Below, piece by piece: positions 1 through 9,873 of a stretch of 64,000 bases of DNA (its first letter is position 1; each line of letters opens with the position of its first letter). The position numbers and the translations under genes are program-made. Origin of the DNA: Thermodesulfobacteriota bacterium (lineage in GTDB: Bacteria > Desulfobacterota > Binatia > Bin18). The notes under the pieces were generated by a model. The model was not told the origin of the DNA. It ran no database searches and saw nothing but the letters and a program-made list of their open reading frames with translations. The stretch is taken from NCBI GenBank assembly GCA_964291405.2, contig OZ219926.1:1600001-1664000 (forward strand), in the 5' to 3' direction.

Positions 1-348
1 ATAGAGGATTTTATTGGCGCGGCGTATTGGGACAAAAACCTCAAAAGCCTCACGCTTGGCGGCCGTCTGGTTCTCGTCGGTGTAATGGGCGGAGTCAAGG
101 TAGAGACGAATCTGGGGTTGATTCTGAGAAAACGCCTCCAGGTGTTCGGCTCCGTGCTGCGCACTCGCACCCTGGAGGATAAGATCGATATCACCCGTCG
201 TTTTCAGACGAACTGGCTGCCGCTTTTAACCGCAGGCAGAATCAAGCCCATTATTGATTGCCGCTTTCCCTTGGAGCAGGCAGCCGAGGCGCACCAATAC
301 ATGGAGGACAATAAGAATTTCGGCAAGATTATTCTGGAAGTCCCCTAA
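1..348 (+). CDS. NAD(P)H-quinone oxidoreductase (zeta-crystallin/MDR family), 5' truncated by window edge
   Basis: Frame open from base 1 (IEDFIGAAYWDKNLKSLTLGGRLVLVGVMGG); C-terminus AAEAHQYMEDNKNFGKIIL is typical of the family. Confidence 0.85.
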   Translation: MEDFIGAAYWDKNLKSLTLGGRLVLVGVMGGVKVETNLGLILRKRLQVFGSVLRTRTLEDKIDITRRFQTNWLPLLTAGRIKPIIDCRFPLEQAAEAHQYMEDNKNFGKIILEVP

Positions 349-393
349 GCGCGGCCTCAGGCAGGGACGGCCTCAGCCGCCCCTCACCCACGT

Positions 394-1986
394 CTAGGCC
401 CGCTTCAGCGTCAGTACGCTCCCCTCGCCGTCGGCGGCAATATAGACCGTCCCGTCTCCACCTACGGCCAAGCCGGAGAATGGCGTGAGCGGTCCCTGGA
501 TCAGACCGGCAATCCCCATGAGGATTTGCGGTGTCACCCCAGGCTGGGCACCGACCGGCAGGCCGGAAGCAATCGTCTGTTGCTGTTTTGTGCCAAGCGA
601 CACCGCGATGAGTTCTTTGCTGCCTGTATCAACAATCAGGAGCTGATCGCCAAGCAGGCCGAGGCCCTGGGGCGACGACAAGCCCTCGACCACGGCTGAG
701 CTGCCACCATTCACATGCGACACCTGGCCTTTGTCGGGCTCGCTGACATAGCACGAGCCGTCATCGGCCACGACCACGCCATTCGGTCGGCCAAGACCAC
801 GGGCTAAGACGGTGACGTTGCCGTCCGAGGTCACCTTGAGCAGGCGTCCCTCGCCGCCCTCTGCGACCACAACCGCCCCGTCCTGGACCGGCGCCAGGCT
901 GTAGAGTTCGTTGAGTTCGCCGACCAGAATCTGCGATTCACGCGTGCCGAAATTATACAAGACGACTTCGCCGGCTGAGGTCGTCACATACACATTGTTA
1001 TCCGGACCGGCGGCAATACCGCGGATAAAACCGGGGTAGCCCTCCTGGGTAAACATCGTCGGGCGGCTGACCTGCCCGTCCCGGCTGACGGATATCATAC
1101 TCATGCCATCGGCCGCATAAACAGTGCCGTCACCGGTCACGGTGATACCGAACGGACCGAGCAAACCCGCAGGCACCAGGATGCGCTCGGTTCCGTCTGC
1201 CAGAATCTCGGCCACCCCACCGTCCACAAAGTGGGAAATAAAGAGTCGGTTGTCATCCGCAAAGGCCAGATTGTCGATCCCTGGGCGGACATTGGCGACA
1301 ACGGTCTTTTCTCCGCTTTGGATATCGATCCTTGTCACCTCCCCGCTGGCGGCCTGGGTTGTTGTCAGCAGGCCGTTCTGGTCAAACTTGACTGCGGTCG
1401 GAACGGCAAAGCCAGACATGAAGCGCTCAGGTGCTCCACCTTCGAGCGGGCAACGCCAGATTTCACCTGCTGCGATCTGCGGGAAATACAGCTTGCCATC
1501 AGGCCCAACCGAGAGCGCATTGGGCAGCGGCAGGTTCTCGGCTATTACCCGCGGCTCTCGACCGTCCGGATACAGCTCAAACAGGCGTCCGCCGGGCCGG
1601 CACTCGTCCATGAACAAGCGGTCCTGATGGGCGGTGATGCCGTTTGCCGCGGGTACATTATCCGCGATGACCCGGACTTCACCGCTGGGTGTGCGTGCGC
1701 TGACCCGCGCGCTCATCACCTCGGTCACATACATGACATCGTGCGAATCAAAGGCGATGTCATCCGGCGCCACAATCGGCCCCCCAACCGGCGAAATCGT
1801 TTCACACGCGCCGCTACCAGTATCGACCGCGCTCACCTGGCTGCCAAACGCCTGGACCACGTAGAGTTTCCCGTCCGAGCCCATGCGCATCCCGTTCGCC
1901 CCGAACAATCCGCTGGGCGACGATAGCCGCGCCAACTGCCAGCCGGCCGCGGCCTGTGGCTGTGTGTTTTCTCCGTACCGATTCAT
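394..1986 (-). CDS. SMP-30/gluconolactonase/LRE family double beta-propeller protein
   Basis: Repeated blade motifs (ANGMRMGSDGKLYV, PDDIAFD, PNALSVGPDGKLY, PNGVVVADDGSCYV); 530 aa. Confidence 0.75.
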   Translation of the reverse strand: MNRYGENTQPQAAAGWQLARLSSPSGLFGANGMRMGSDGKLYVVQAFGSQVSAVDTGSGACETISPVGGPIVAPDDIAFDSHDVMYVTEVMSARVSARTPSGEVRVIADNVPAANGITAHQDRLFMDECRPGGRLFELYPDGREPRVIAENLPLPNALSVGPDGKLYFPQIAAGEIWRCPLEGGAPERFMSGFAVPTAVKFDQNGLLTTTQAASGEVTRIDIQSGEKTVVANVRPGIDNLAFADDNRLFISHFVDGGVAEILADGTERILVPAGLLGPFGITVTGDGTVYAADGMSMISVSRDGQVSRPTMFTQEGYPGFIRGIAAGPDNNVYVTTSAGEVVLYNFGTRESQILVGELNELYSLAPVQDGAVVVAEGGEGRLLKVTSDGNVTVLARGLGRPNGVVVADDGSCYVSEPDKGQVSHVNGGSSAVVEGLSSPQGLGLLGDQLLIVDTGSKELIAVSLGTKQQQTIASGLPVGAQPGVTPQILMGIAGLIQGPLTPFSGLAVGGDGTVYIAADGEGSVLTLKRA

Positions 1987-2007
1987 ATTCCCCTCCTTCA
2001 GTCACTG

Positions 2008-2805
2008 TTATTGTCCTTTGAATACGGGTTTTCTCCGCTCTCGCCAAGCTTTATGGGCCTCGTGACTATCTTCAGTCTGACCGAGCAGCATGAACCGATA
2101 GATGTCGGTCTGAGCTGCCTCTTTGAGCGAGGCGATATCGAGTCCTTTATTCAGCGACTCTTTGGCCATGCGCACCGCAAGAGGCGGCAGGGTGGCGAGC
2201 CGGCGGGCGTAGTCTTGCGCCAAGGGCCTGAGTTCCGGGAGCGGCACGACCTTATTGACCAACCCGACCCGGTAGGCTTCTTGCGCGTGAATACGTTCTC
2301 CAAGCAGCACCATTTCCATCGCTTTTCCACGTCCGACATAGCGCGCGAGTCGAACCGCTCCGCCATAGGCCGGCAGAATACCGAGCGGGACCTGGGGCAA
2401 GCCGAGTTCGGCGTTGTCCGAAGCGAGCAGAATATCGCAGCACAGCGTAATCAGACAGCCGATCCCAACGGCAAAGCCGTTAATCGCAGCAACCACGGGT
2501 TTGGGATAATCAGCGACTGCATTGAATACGGGGAAGCCTTTTGGCGAGACAGAAGCCAAGTGCGCGCCAACGGTGGTGACCTTGTGGGTCTTGGCGTTGC
2601 CCAAATCTGCACCGGCAGAAAACGCCTTGTCCCCGGTCCCGGTCAGGATGGTGACCAAGACTTCCGGGTCGTCTTCCATCGTACCAAAGACATCGATAAT
2701 CTCTTCCGACACCTAGGTGGTCCACGCGTTGCGCTTCTCGGGACGATTAATCGTGACGGTCGCGATACTGTCCTGCTTTTCGTAGAGCAATGTTTCATAT
2801 GGCAT
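2008..2805 (-). pseudogene. Enoyl-CoA hydratase/isomerase family gene interrupted by an in-frame TAG at codon 31
   Basis: RBS AGGAGG, then ATG at 2805: MPYETLLYEKQDSIATVTINRPEKRNAWTT*VSEEIIDVF; crotonase motifs AFSAGAD and KPVVAAING follow in the same frame. Confidence 0.75.
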
Positions 2806-2853
2806 GGGCGGCCCTCCTGTGTGCTATGGGATCACTGCGGCTACTGGTCAAAC

Positions 2854-2881
2854 AAAAATGGGGCGGCTCACCAGCCACCCC
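2854..2881 (-). terminator. Intrinsic-terminator-like hairpin between the HpaB-like gene and the crotonase gene
   Basis: Minus strand GGGGTGGCT-GGTG-AGCCGCCCC followed by ATTTTT. Confidence 0.5.
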
Positions 2882-2919
2882 TGCTATGGTCTCGACCTAA
2901 TATCGGGAAGAGGCAGGCA

Positions 2920-4371
2920 TTATTCCTTACCAATCCGCGCCATTTTGCTGGCGTAGTCGCGCACCCGCTGCCAGTCGTACTCACGGTAAAGCTGCATCTT
3001 TTCAGCTTCCATGGAGCCTTCGGCGTGCAAAGCCAGCACCGCGTTATAACCCCCAAAGTCCGAGGTGGTGATGTCCTGAATCAGGTTGATCACCTGGAGC
3101 CGTTCTTTACCCGACGTGCCCTTCTTACCCTTTAGATATTTCTCAATCAGCGGTCCGGTCTCTTCGCTCCGCAGGTCTTCTACCGCCGGAGCGGTCACCA
3201 GAATACCGCCGGCCAAGTCCTGGACGTGCGACAGAGCTTGGTGGAAATCGGCCGCAAAATGATGCTTGGCAATATTCACGGTCGGAGGGTCGGGGATGAC
3301 CATGTCGAAGTCGGTCTCGCGTGCCTTCATACACGCCATATGGGTCAGCGAGCGGGTGGTTTCGGCATAGCTGGCCAGCCAGAACAGTTTTTCTTTGACA
3401 TGGGCGGCTCTTTCAATGCCATTGTATTCGGCCATCAGACGCCCGGCGCCGGCTAAGAGATCAAGGAAAGGTAATTTATAGGAGATCGCGGTCAGGCGAT
3501 GATACTCAACAAATGACAAAGCCAAAGGACCGGCAAACTGCCATTCGCCCTGTAAGAAAATCCGCTCGTTGGGCACAAATACATCATCAAAGATGGTTAG
3601 CGTTTCGGTCATTTTCACGCCCGAGCTGACCGGATGATCGAAGCTGTTGCGCTGGGTGTACGAGCCGTAGCCACTCATCAGCAGCTTGAGCCCTGGAGTA
3701 TCCAGCGGGATGGCAAAGGAGACCGCGTAATCCTTGTCCTCTTCTCCCATGGCTCGTGTGGGCAGGACGATCATCTCGTTGGCGTGGGTGGTATTTGAGG
3801 TGTGGACCTTGGCCCCACGCACCACAATACCGTCGTCCCGCTCTTCGACAATGCGCAGATACGAATCCGGGTCTTCCTGTTCCGAGGGACGCAAGGCGCG
3901 GTCGCCCTTGGTGTCGGTCTGGGCCAGGGCAAAGCTAACATCTTCTGTGCAGCAGTAATCATAAAAGGCTTTGACCCGTTGGTAGTAGGAGGTTCCGCAG
4001 GCTTCATCTATTTTCTGAGAGATCCGCAACAGGCCAAATAGCGCATCACTGCCGACTACTTTCGCCAGCACGACCAGCGTCCCGCCTTCCCGGCAGGCGG
4101 TTTCGATCAGCTCACTCCGTTTGAGCAGTTGTTCAGCGTTCTGGGGCGGCAGAAAATAGCGGCTCATATCCTCGCCGGTCTCGGGGTTACGGACCACGGC
4201 CAGCTCCCGGTACTGCGGGTCGTGCATGAGCCGATAGTCGGTCGCCTCATGATCGACGGCGGTTTGAATGAGCGGATGCCCGCTTACATCAGGGATGCGC
4301 TGGCCTCGAAAATAGACCTGCCGGTCGTCTTTCAAGCTGTCTTTGTATTGCTCAACCGTACGTAGCGGCAT
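2920..4371 (-). CDS. 4-hydroxyphenylacetate 3-hydroxylase / 4-hydroxybutyryl-CoA dehydratase family flavoprotein
   Basis: Motifs AQTDTKGDRALRPSEQEDPD, IVVRGAKVHTS, FDDVFVPNERIF, LHAEGS. Confidence 0.85.
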   Translation of the reverse strand: MPLRTVEQYKDSLKDDRQVYFRGQRIPDVSGHPLIQTAVDHEATDYRLMHDPQYRELAVVRNPETGEDMSRYFLPPQNAEQLLKRSELIETACREGGTLVVLAKVVGSDALFGLLRISQKIDEACGTSYYQRVKAFYDYCCTEDVSFALAQTDTKGDRALRPSEQEDPDSYLRIVEERDDGIVVRGAKVHTSNTTHANEMIVLPTRAMGEEDKDYAVSFAIPLDTPGLKLLMSGYGSYTQRNSFDHPVSSGVKMTETLTIFDDVFVPNERIFLQGEWQFAGPLALSFVEYHRLTAISYKLPFLDLLAGAGRLMAEYNGIERAAHVKEKLFWLASYAETTRSLTHMACMKARETDFDMVIPDPPTVNIAKHHFAADFHQALSHVQDLAGGILVTAPAVEDLRSEETGPLIEKYLKGKKGTSGKERLQVINLIQDITTSDFGGYNAVLALHAEGSMEAEKMQLYREYDWQRVRDYASKMARIGKE

Positions 4372-4412
4372 AGGATAATCCTCACTTTCAAAATTCCTCT
4401 CTTGTCATAATC

Positions 4413-4781
4413 GTGATGCATCCAAAGCTCAAGGAGGCCGTTCGGCTTTTTAACCGTCGGGAATACTTTGACAGCCACCAGGTACTCGAAGAGGTTTGGC
4501 AGGAGGCCGACGCCACGGACAAAACATTTTACGAAGCCTTGATTCGCTTGGCCACGGGCCTCCATATGCGTTTCAACCGGGGCGGCTCGCAGGGCGCGAT
4601 TAATCTGTTGACCCAAGCCCTCATGCGGCTTGAAGACTTTCGTCCCACCTCACACGGGATTGATGTTGCCCGGCTGTACCGGGATATCGATACCCATGTT
4701 GCAGACCTCAAGGCAGAGGACAAACCCAAGGTTGGTTTCTTCGAGCGCTGGAAGGTCCCCCGGATTTACCCCGCCGACTGA
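4413..4781 (+). CDS. DUF309 family protein
   Basis: LFNRREYFDSHQVLEEVW ... ALIRLATGLH pattern. Confidence 0.8.
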   Translation: MMHPKLKEAVRLFNRREYFDSHQVLEEVWQEADATDKTFYEALIRLATGLHMRFNRGGSQGAINLLTQALMRLEDFRPTSHGIDVARLYRDIDTHVADLKAEDKPKVGFFERWKVPRIYPAD

Positions 4782-4783
4782 GC

Positions 4784-5329
4784 TCAGCGCCGGAGCTGAT
4801 CGATCGAATATGTCCCGGCCGTGGGCTCCAACTCGACCTCGAACGATTCCATAACCCGTGCCACCATGCCGTAGAAACCAATGGCCAAGGTCAACTCGAC
4901 CATCTGCCGCGGCCCCAAATCTTTCTCCAACGCCGCGAACGTCTCGGCCGACGCTTTGACATCCTGCGTGACCTCATCGGTAAAACGGATCACACGCTTT
5001 TCCACCTCGTTAAAAGCGTCCGAGGCGGCTCCCTGAGGAAGAGCCTCTACCTGAGCGTCCGTAACGCCCGTCTCTTTGGCGAGGGGCACATGCTGGGTCC
5101 ACTCATAGTTGGCCCCGGTCAGATGCGCCACCCGCAGGATGGCCAACTCACGCAGATGGTCGTCCAACTCCTGTTTCGTCAGAATGGACTGGCCAAAAAC
5201 GAGTAGCGGTATGGCATTCGTCGGCGCGTTCAGAAACATCTTCATGATATTGAGCGGCGGGAGCTTTTCCGCCGAGACGCGGACCTTCTCCGGTAAATCT
5301 TCAAGATTGGGATAGGGAATACGAGCCAT
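4784..5329 (-). CDS. Carboxymuconolactone decarboxylase / AhpD-like protein
   Basis: LRELAILRVAHLTGANYEWTQH motif. Confidence 0.85.
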   Translation of the reverse strand: MARIPYPNLEDLPEKVRVSAEKLPPLNIMKMFLNAPTNAIPLLVFGQSILTKQELDDHLRELAILRVAHLTGANYEWTQHVPLAKETGVTDAQVEALPQGAASDAFNEVEKRVIRFTDEVTQDVKASAETFAALEKDLGPRQMVELTLAIGFYGMVARVMESFEVELEPTAGTYSIDQLRR

Positions 5330-5465
5330 GCTTCCTCCTTGGTCTCGGTGTCAAACAGGCACCGACCCTAGCCTGTCGAGCAAGCCGAAGTCAATGCGCG
5401 AGCCTGGTTCGATAGCCCTCTCATCTCTGTTACACTCTGACCTCCTACAAGGAGCGTCAACAGTC

Positions 5466-6533
5466 ATGAACATCCCCATCACGCGCATTCAGCAGCCCAA
5501 ACCCAAACCGCCCGATGACGAACTCGGGTTTGGTCAAATCTTTACGGATCATATGTTTCTTCTGGACGGTGTGGCCGATACAGGCTGGTCCAACCCGCGT
5601 ATCGTGCCGTACGGGCCGCTTTCGCTAGAGCCGGCCACCGTCGGTCTGCACTATGCCCAAGCCATCTTTGAAGGCCTCAAGGCATATCGTTCGCCGGACG
5701 ACACAATTCTGCTCTTTCGGCCAGATCGCAATATCGCCCGTTTTAATCGCTCTGCCGTCCGGCTGTGTATCCCACCGATTGACCCGGAACTCTTTCTCTC
5801 GGCACTCAAGCAGTTGGTGAAACTGGACCAGGACTGGGTGCCGCATGCGCCCGGCACCTCTTTGTATATCCGACCGGTTGCCTTTGCCTGCGACCCCGAC
5901 CTGCGGGTGCGGCCATCTCACACCTACCAGTTCTTTATTATTCTTTCGCCGGTCGCCGCCTATTATGCAGAAGGCTTCAAACCGCTCCGTATCCGGGTGG
6001 AAGACCGTTATGTGCGGGCCGTGCGAGGTGGAACCGGGGCCGCGAAAACGGCGGGGAATTATGCCGGTAGTTTATTCGCCGGCGAAGAAGCCCATAAAGA
6101 CGGTTTTGCCCAAGTGTTGTGGCTCGACGGTGTCGAACAGCAGTACATCGAAGAAGTCGGCTCCATGAATATCGCCTTTGTGCTCGGCGATGAGCTCGTC
6201 ACCCCACCAGTCACCGGGACTATCCTCGAAGGCGTGACCCGCGCCTCCGTACTCCAACTCGCCCAGGACTTTGGGATGCGGGTGGCAGAGCGACCTATTA
6301 CCATCACCGAAGTCCTGACCGCAGCGCGGAACGGACTGCTGCGCGAGGTGTTTGGTGCCGGAACCGCAGCCGTTATCTCGCCGGTCAGCGAGCTGTCGTA
6401 TAAAGACGAGCGTATTGTCATCAATGACGGCCAGGTCGGCCCGCTGTCCCAACGCCTGTTTAACGAGTTGTCCGCCATCCAGCGCGGCCTGAAGCCCGAC
6501 CGCCACGGCTGGATGGTGGAGGTTGATTCGTAA
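5466..6533 (+). CDS. ilvE: Branched-chain amino acid aminotransferase
   Basis: LHYAQAIFEGLKAY, PLP lysine in AKTAGNYA, EEVGSMN, ILEGVTR, GTAAVISPV; start placed at the ATG after AAGGAG. Confidence 0.95.
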   Translation: MNIPITRIQQPKPKPPDDELGFGQIFTDHMFLLDGVADTGWSNPRIVPYGPLSLEPATVGLHYAQAIFEGLKAYRSPDDTILLFRPDRNIARFNRSAVRLCIPPIDPELFLSALKQLVKLDQDWVPHAPGTSLYIRPVAFACDPDLRVRPSHTYQFFIILSPVAAYYAEGFKPLRIRVEDRYVRAVRGGTGAAKTAGNYAGSLFAGEEAHKDGFAQVLWLDGVEQQYIEEVGSMNIAFVLGDELVTPPVTGTILEGVTRASVLQLAQDFGMRVAERPITITEVLTAARNGLLREVFGAGTAAVISPVSELSYKDERIVINDGQVGPLSQRLFNELSAIQRGLKPDRHGWMVEVDS

Positions 6534-6667
6534 AACTCTTGTTTGATGAATCCTTGGAGAGAGTAGTCGGCCCGGCCAGCGCAATGACGAAAACGGGCCG
6601 GACTTGAACGCGCTGGATGGGGCAGATACAACGCAGAGACAATTTTTCAGGAAAGGGAGAAAGACCG

Positions 6668-7168
6668 ATGGATGCAGATGCCAAGAAAACAGCTCTCCGC
6701 ATGATCCCCTACGGCCTGTATGTGCTGACCGCGGAAAAAGACGGCGAGATCGCCGCGGCAACCGTGAACTGGGTGACCCAGACCGCCTTTGAGCCACCGC
6801 TGGTCGTGGTTGGCGTCAAGGCCGACGCCAGCGCACACGATGTCATCAAAAAAGCCGGCTCGTTTGCCCTCAACATCCTGGGCAAGGGACAGCAGGGCCC
6901 GGCCTTTGCCTTTTTCAAACCCGTTGAAAAAGACGGCGACACAATCAACGGGGAGGCATACAGCGCAGGCAGTACCGGCGCGCCGGTGCTTGAAAGCGTC
7001 CCGGCTTATGTAGAGTGCTCGTTGGAGCAAACGGTCGAGAACGGCGACCATTCCATTTTTATTGGAAAAGTGGTGAATGCGGCTGTCCAGAAGCAACCCG
7101 AAGGACGCGCAGACCTGGCGACGCTGCACATGGCTGACCTGGGAGACAAGGTCTTCTACGGCGGCTAA
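6668..7168 (+). CDS. Flavin reductase family protein (HpaC/DszD-like)
   Basis: IPYGLYVLT, WVTQTAFEPPLV, GDHSIFIG. Confidence 0.9.
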   Translation: MDADAKKTALRMIPYGLYVLTAEKDGEIAAATVNWVTQTAFEPPLVVVGVKADASAHDVIKKAGSFALNILGKGQQGPAFAFFKPVEKDGDTINGEAYSAGSTGAPVLESVPAYVECSLEQTVENGDHSIFIGKVVNAAVQKQPEGRADLATLHMADLGDKVFYGG

Positions 7169-7189
7169 AAAATCCTGCTCCTGGCTGAC

Positions 7190-7231
7190 AGCCCCTGAGT
7201 CAGACCATGAGGACGACTCAGGGGCTTTTTT
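7190..7231 (+). terminator. Rho-independent terminator
   Basis: AGCCCCTGAGTC...GACTCAGGGGCT followed by a T tract. Confidence 0.8.
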
Positions 7232-7314
7232 GTGCCCGAGCCGCTCAGTACTAACCTTGCGGTCTGTAGAGGAATTTGTTTAATTCGCCGATATTTTAGA
7301 TGCAGGAGGACAGC

Positions 7315-7620
7315 ATGGCCGATTTTGTCAAAGTGGCCTCAACAGGTGACATCCCCGAAGGCGAAGGTCGGTGTTTTGAGGTCAACGATCAACAGGTAGC
7401 CATCTTCAATGTCGATGGCACCTTCTACGCCCTGGACAATGTGTGCCCGCACCAGGGCGGTCCATTGGGCGAGGGCGAGTTGGACGGCAATATGGTCACC
7501 TGCCCGTGGCACGCCTGGGATTTCGATGTCACGACCGGAGAAAACAGTGAAGACCCGGACGAAAAACAAGACACATATGAAGTCAAAGTGGACGGCGACG
7601 ATGTCTTAGTCGCTGTATGA
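7315..7620 (+). CDS. Rieske [2Fe-2S] ferredoxin (NirD/dioxygenase-ferredoxin-like)
   Basis: CPHQGG ... CPWH ligands; RBS AGGAGG. Confidence 0.9.
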   Translation: MADFVKVASTGDIPEGEGRCFEVNDQQVAIFNVDGTFYALDNVCPHQGGPLGEGELDGNMVTCPWHAWDFDVTTGENSEDPDEKQDTYEVKVDGDDVLVAV

Positions 7621-7630
7621 AGCAGCCCGT

Positions 7631-8707
7631 ATGGCGCTCTTTGAACGCATGCAGGCAGAAGACCACGAACAGGTGGTCTTCTGCACGGACCGCAACGCTG
7701 GCCTCACCGCCCTGATTGCCATCCACGATACAACCTTAGGACCCGCTTTGGGTGGCATCCGTATGCGGGCATATGCCAGTGAGGATGACGCGGTAACCGA
7801 TGTCCTGCGCCTCTCCCAGGCCATGACCTATAAAGCCTCCCTGGCCGGTCTGGAGTATGGCGGCGGTAAGGCAGTTGTCGTTTCCCCTGAGACACCTCCC
7901 AAAAGAGAGATAGTGTTTCGTGCGCTGGGCCGCGCCATAGAGTCTTTGGCGGGCCGTTATATTCCAACCGAAGACATGGGTACGACGACCGCAGACATTG
8001 AACACGTCCGGGCAGAGAGTCGGTTCGGGGTCGGACGAGCGGAAGCATTTGGCGGAGGCGGAGACCCCTCCCCCATGACGGCCTGGGGCATCTTCTGTGG
8101 CCTGCGGGCGTGTCTTGAAGAAACGGACGGCAAGGCCGAATTCCAGGGCTTGACCGTAGCCCTGCCCGGTCTGGGGAAAGTCGGCTACTCCCTGGCCCAA
8201 TACCTCCACCAAGCCGGAGTGCGGCTGATAGTCGCGGATGTGGATGCAGCCCGGGCCGACAAAGCCCGAACCGAGCTCAGCGCCGCGATTGTCGATCCGA
8301 CCGATATTCTGACTCAGCAGTGTGACATCCTCGCCCCCTGCGCCGCGGGTGGCATTTTCAATACGGAGACGATCCCCCAACTCCAGTGCCGGATTATCGG
8401 CGGTGGGGCTAACAATCAGTTACTCACCGAGGCTGACGGGGATGCGCTTCACGCGCGCGGCATTCTGTATGCGCCGGACTTTGCGATTAACGCCGGTGGA
8501 CTGATTAACGTCGCGGACGAGTTGGGTCCCGGTGGCTATCGTCGCGAGCGGGCCAAGGCCAAAACCGAGCAGATTTACTCCACCCTGAAAACGCTTTTTG
8601 CCCAAGCCAAGCAGCGAGACGGCCCACCCCATCGTCTGGCCGTTACTCTGGCCCAGGAACGCATCCGGGCTGTGCGGAATTTGCGGCGGCTGAATACGGC
8701 GGCGTGA
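7631..8707 (+). CDS. Glu/Leu/Phe/Val dehydrogenase (leucine dehydrogenase-like)
   Basis: IHDTTLGPALGGIRM, MTYK, GGGKAV, EDMGT, GLGKVG, ANNQL, INAGG. Confidence 0.92.
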   Translation: MALFERMQAEDHEQVVFCTDRNAGLTALIAIHDTTLGPALGGIRMRAYASEDDAVTDVLRLSQAMTYKASLAGLEYGGGKAVVVSPETPPKREIVFRALGRAIESLAGRYIPTEDMGTTTADIEHVRAESRFGVGRAEAFGGGGDPSPMTAWGIFCGLRACLEETDGKAEFQGLTVALPGLGKVGYSLAQYLHQAGVRLIVADVDAARADKARTELSAAIVDPTDILTQQCDILAPCAAGGIFNTETIPQLQCRIIGGGANNQLLTEADGDALHARGILYAPDFAINAGGLINVADELGPGGYRRERAKAKTEQIYSTLKTLFAQAKQRDGPPHRLAVTLAQERIRAVRNLRRLNTAA

Positions 8708-8761
8708 GGGGTCGTTTCCAACCTTTCCTCGCAAATCCCTCTTTGCTATAGCCTACTTACT

Positions 8762-9835
8762 ATGAAAAGCGCTCTCTCTGCCTGGCTTGAAAGCCAGGGC
8801 GCATCGCTCACAGATGATCGCGGCGTTGAACTGCCGAACTCCTTCACCAACCCGCAAGACGAATACGCAGCCGTCTGTGAAAAGGTGGGGCTGATTGACC
8901 TGTCCTTTCGCACCCAGGTGAAATTCACGGGAGAAGATCGCAGCGATTTCCTGCAGGGCATGCTGTCCAACGATGTCAAAGCCCTGCGGCCCGGCGATGG
9001 CTGTCCAGCGACGCTGCTGACGGAGCAGGGACGGATTGTGGCGGACTTGCGTGTCTATGCCGAAGAGTCGGCAATTCTCCTCGACCTTGATACCCGTATC
9101 AAGGAGAAGACGGTTGGAGCCCTCGACCGTTTTATCATTGCCGACGATGTGGAGATCGAAGACCTGAGCGCCCATCAGGTGACCATTGCGGTCCAAGGCC
9201 CGACTGCGGCACAGGTCCTGGTGACAGCCGGTCTCTCTTCCTTGCCGGAGCGAAAATTACAGCATCGGGACACAACGATTGCAGATGTCCAGGTCCGCGT
9301 GATTCGCTCCGACCAGACCGGTAAGGGTGGCTATGAGTTCCACGTTCCCGGCGACCGGGCACCCGTCGTCTGGCAGGCCCTCGCTCAACTCGACGGGCTG
9401 CTTCCCGTCGGCCACACTGCGCTGAATATACTGCGGGTTGAGGCCGGCATTCCGTGGTATGGCCTCGATATGGACGAGGACAGAATCGTGCTGGAGGTTG
9501 GCCTCGACCAAGCCATTAGTTTTAATAAAGGCTGCTATCTGGGCCAAGAAGTCGTTGAGCGGGCTTCTGCACGCGGGCGTATGAATCGTCAACTCAGCGG
9601 GTTTCTGCTGCAAAATGAGGCGCAGGCTGCCTTGCCGACACGAGGCGACCGACTGGTGAAGGACGACAAAGAAGTCGGCTGGCTGACCAGCGTCACAACC
9701 TCCCCAACGCTGGGCCGGTCGATTGCCCTGGGCTATGTCCGGCGCGAACATGGCGAGCCGGGCACCCGGCTGCGGATTGACAGGCCGGATATGGACATGA
9801 TAGCCGAAGTGATCAAGTTACCGTTTCTACAGTAG
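8762..9835 (+). CDS. ygfZ: YgfZ/GcvT family folate-binding aminomethyltransferase-like protein
   Basis: KGCYLGQEVVER signature, LRVEAGIP. Confidence 0.8.
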   Translation: MKSALSAWLESQGASLTDDRGVELPNSFTNPQDEYAAVCEKVGLIDLSFRTQVKFTGEDRSDFLQGMLSNDVKALRPGDGCPATLLTEQGRIVADLRVYAEESAILLDLDTRIKEKTVGALDRFIIADDVEIEDLSAHQVTIAVQGPTAAQVLVTAGLSSLPERKLQHRDTTIADVQVRVIRSDQTGKGGYEFHVPGDRAPVVWQALAQLDGLLPVGHTALNILRVEAGIPWYGLDMDEDRIVLEVGLDQAISFNKGCYLGQEVVERASARGRMNRQLSGFLLQNEAQAALPTRGDRLVKDDKEVGWLTSVTTSPTLGRSIALGYVRREHGEPGTRLRIDRPDMDMIAEVIKLPFLQ

Positions 9836-9873
9836 ATATTACTCGTAGAGGCATATCACGACAGGAGGGATCA

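Noticed and set aside
2713-2715. Genome-wide TAG reassignment
   Set aside because: TAG terminates several clearly complete genes here (e.g. at 9835, 13970, 14917, 52805).
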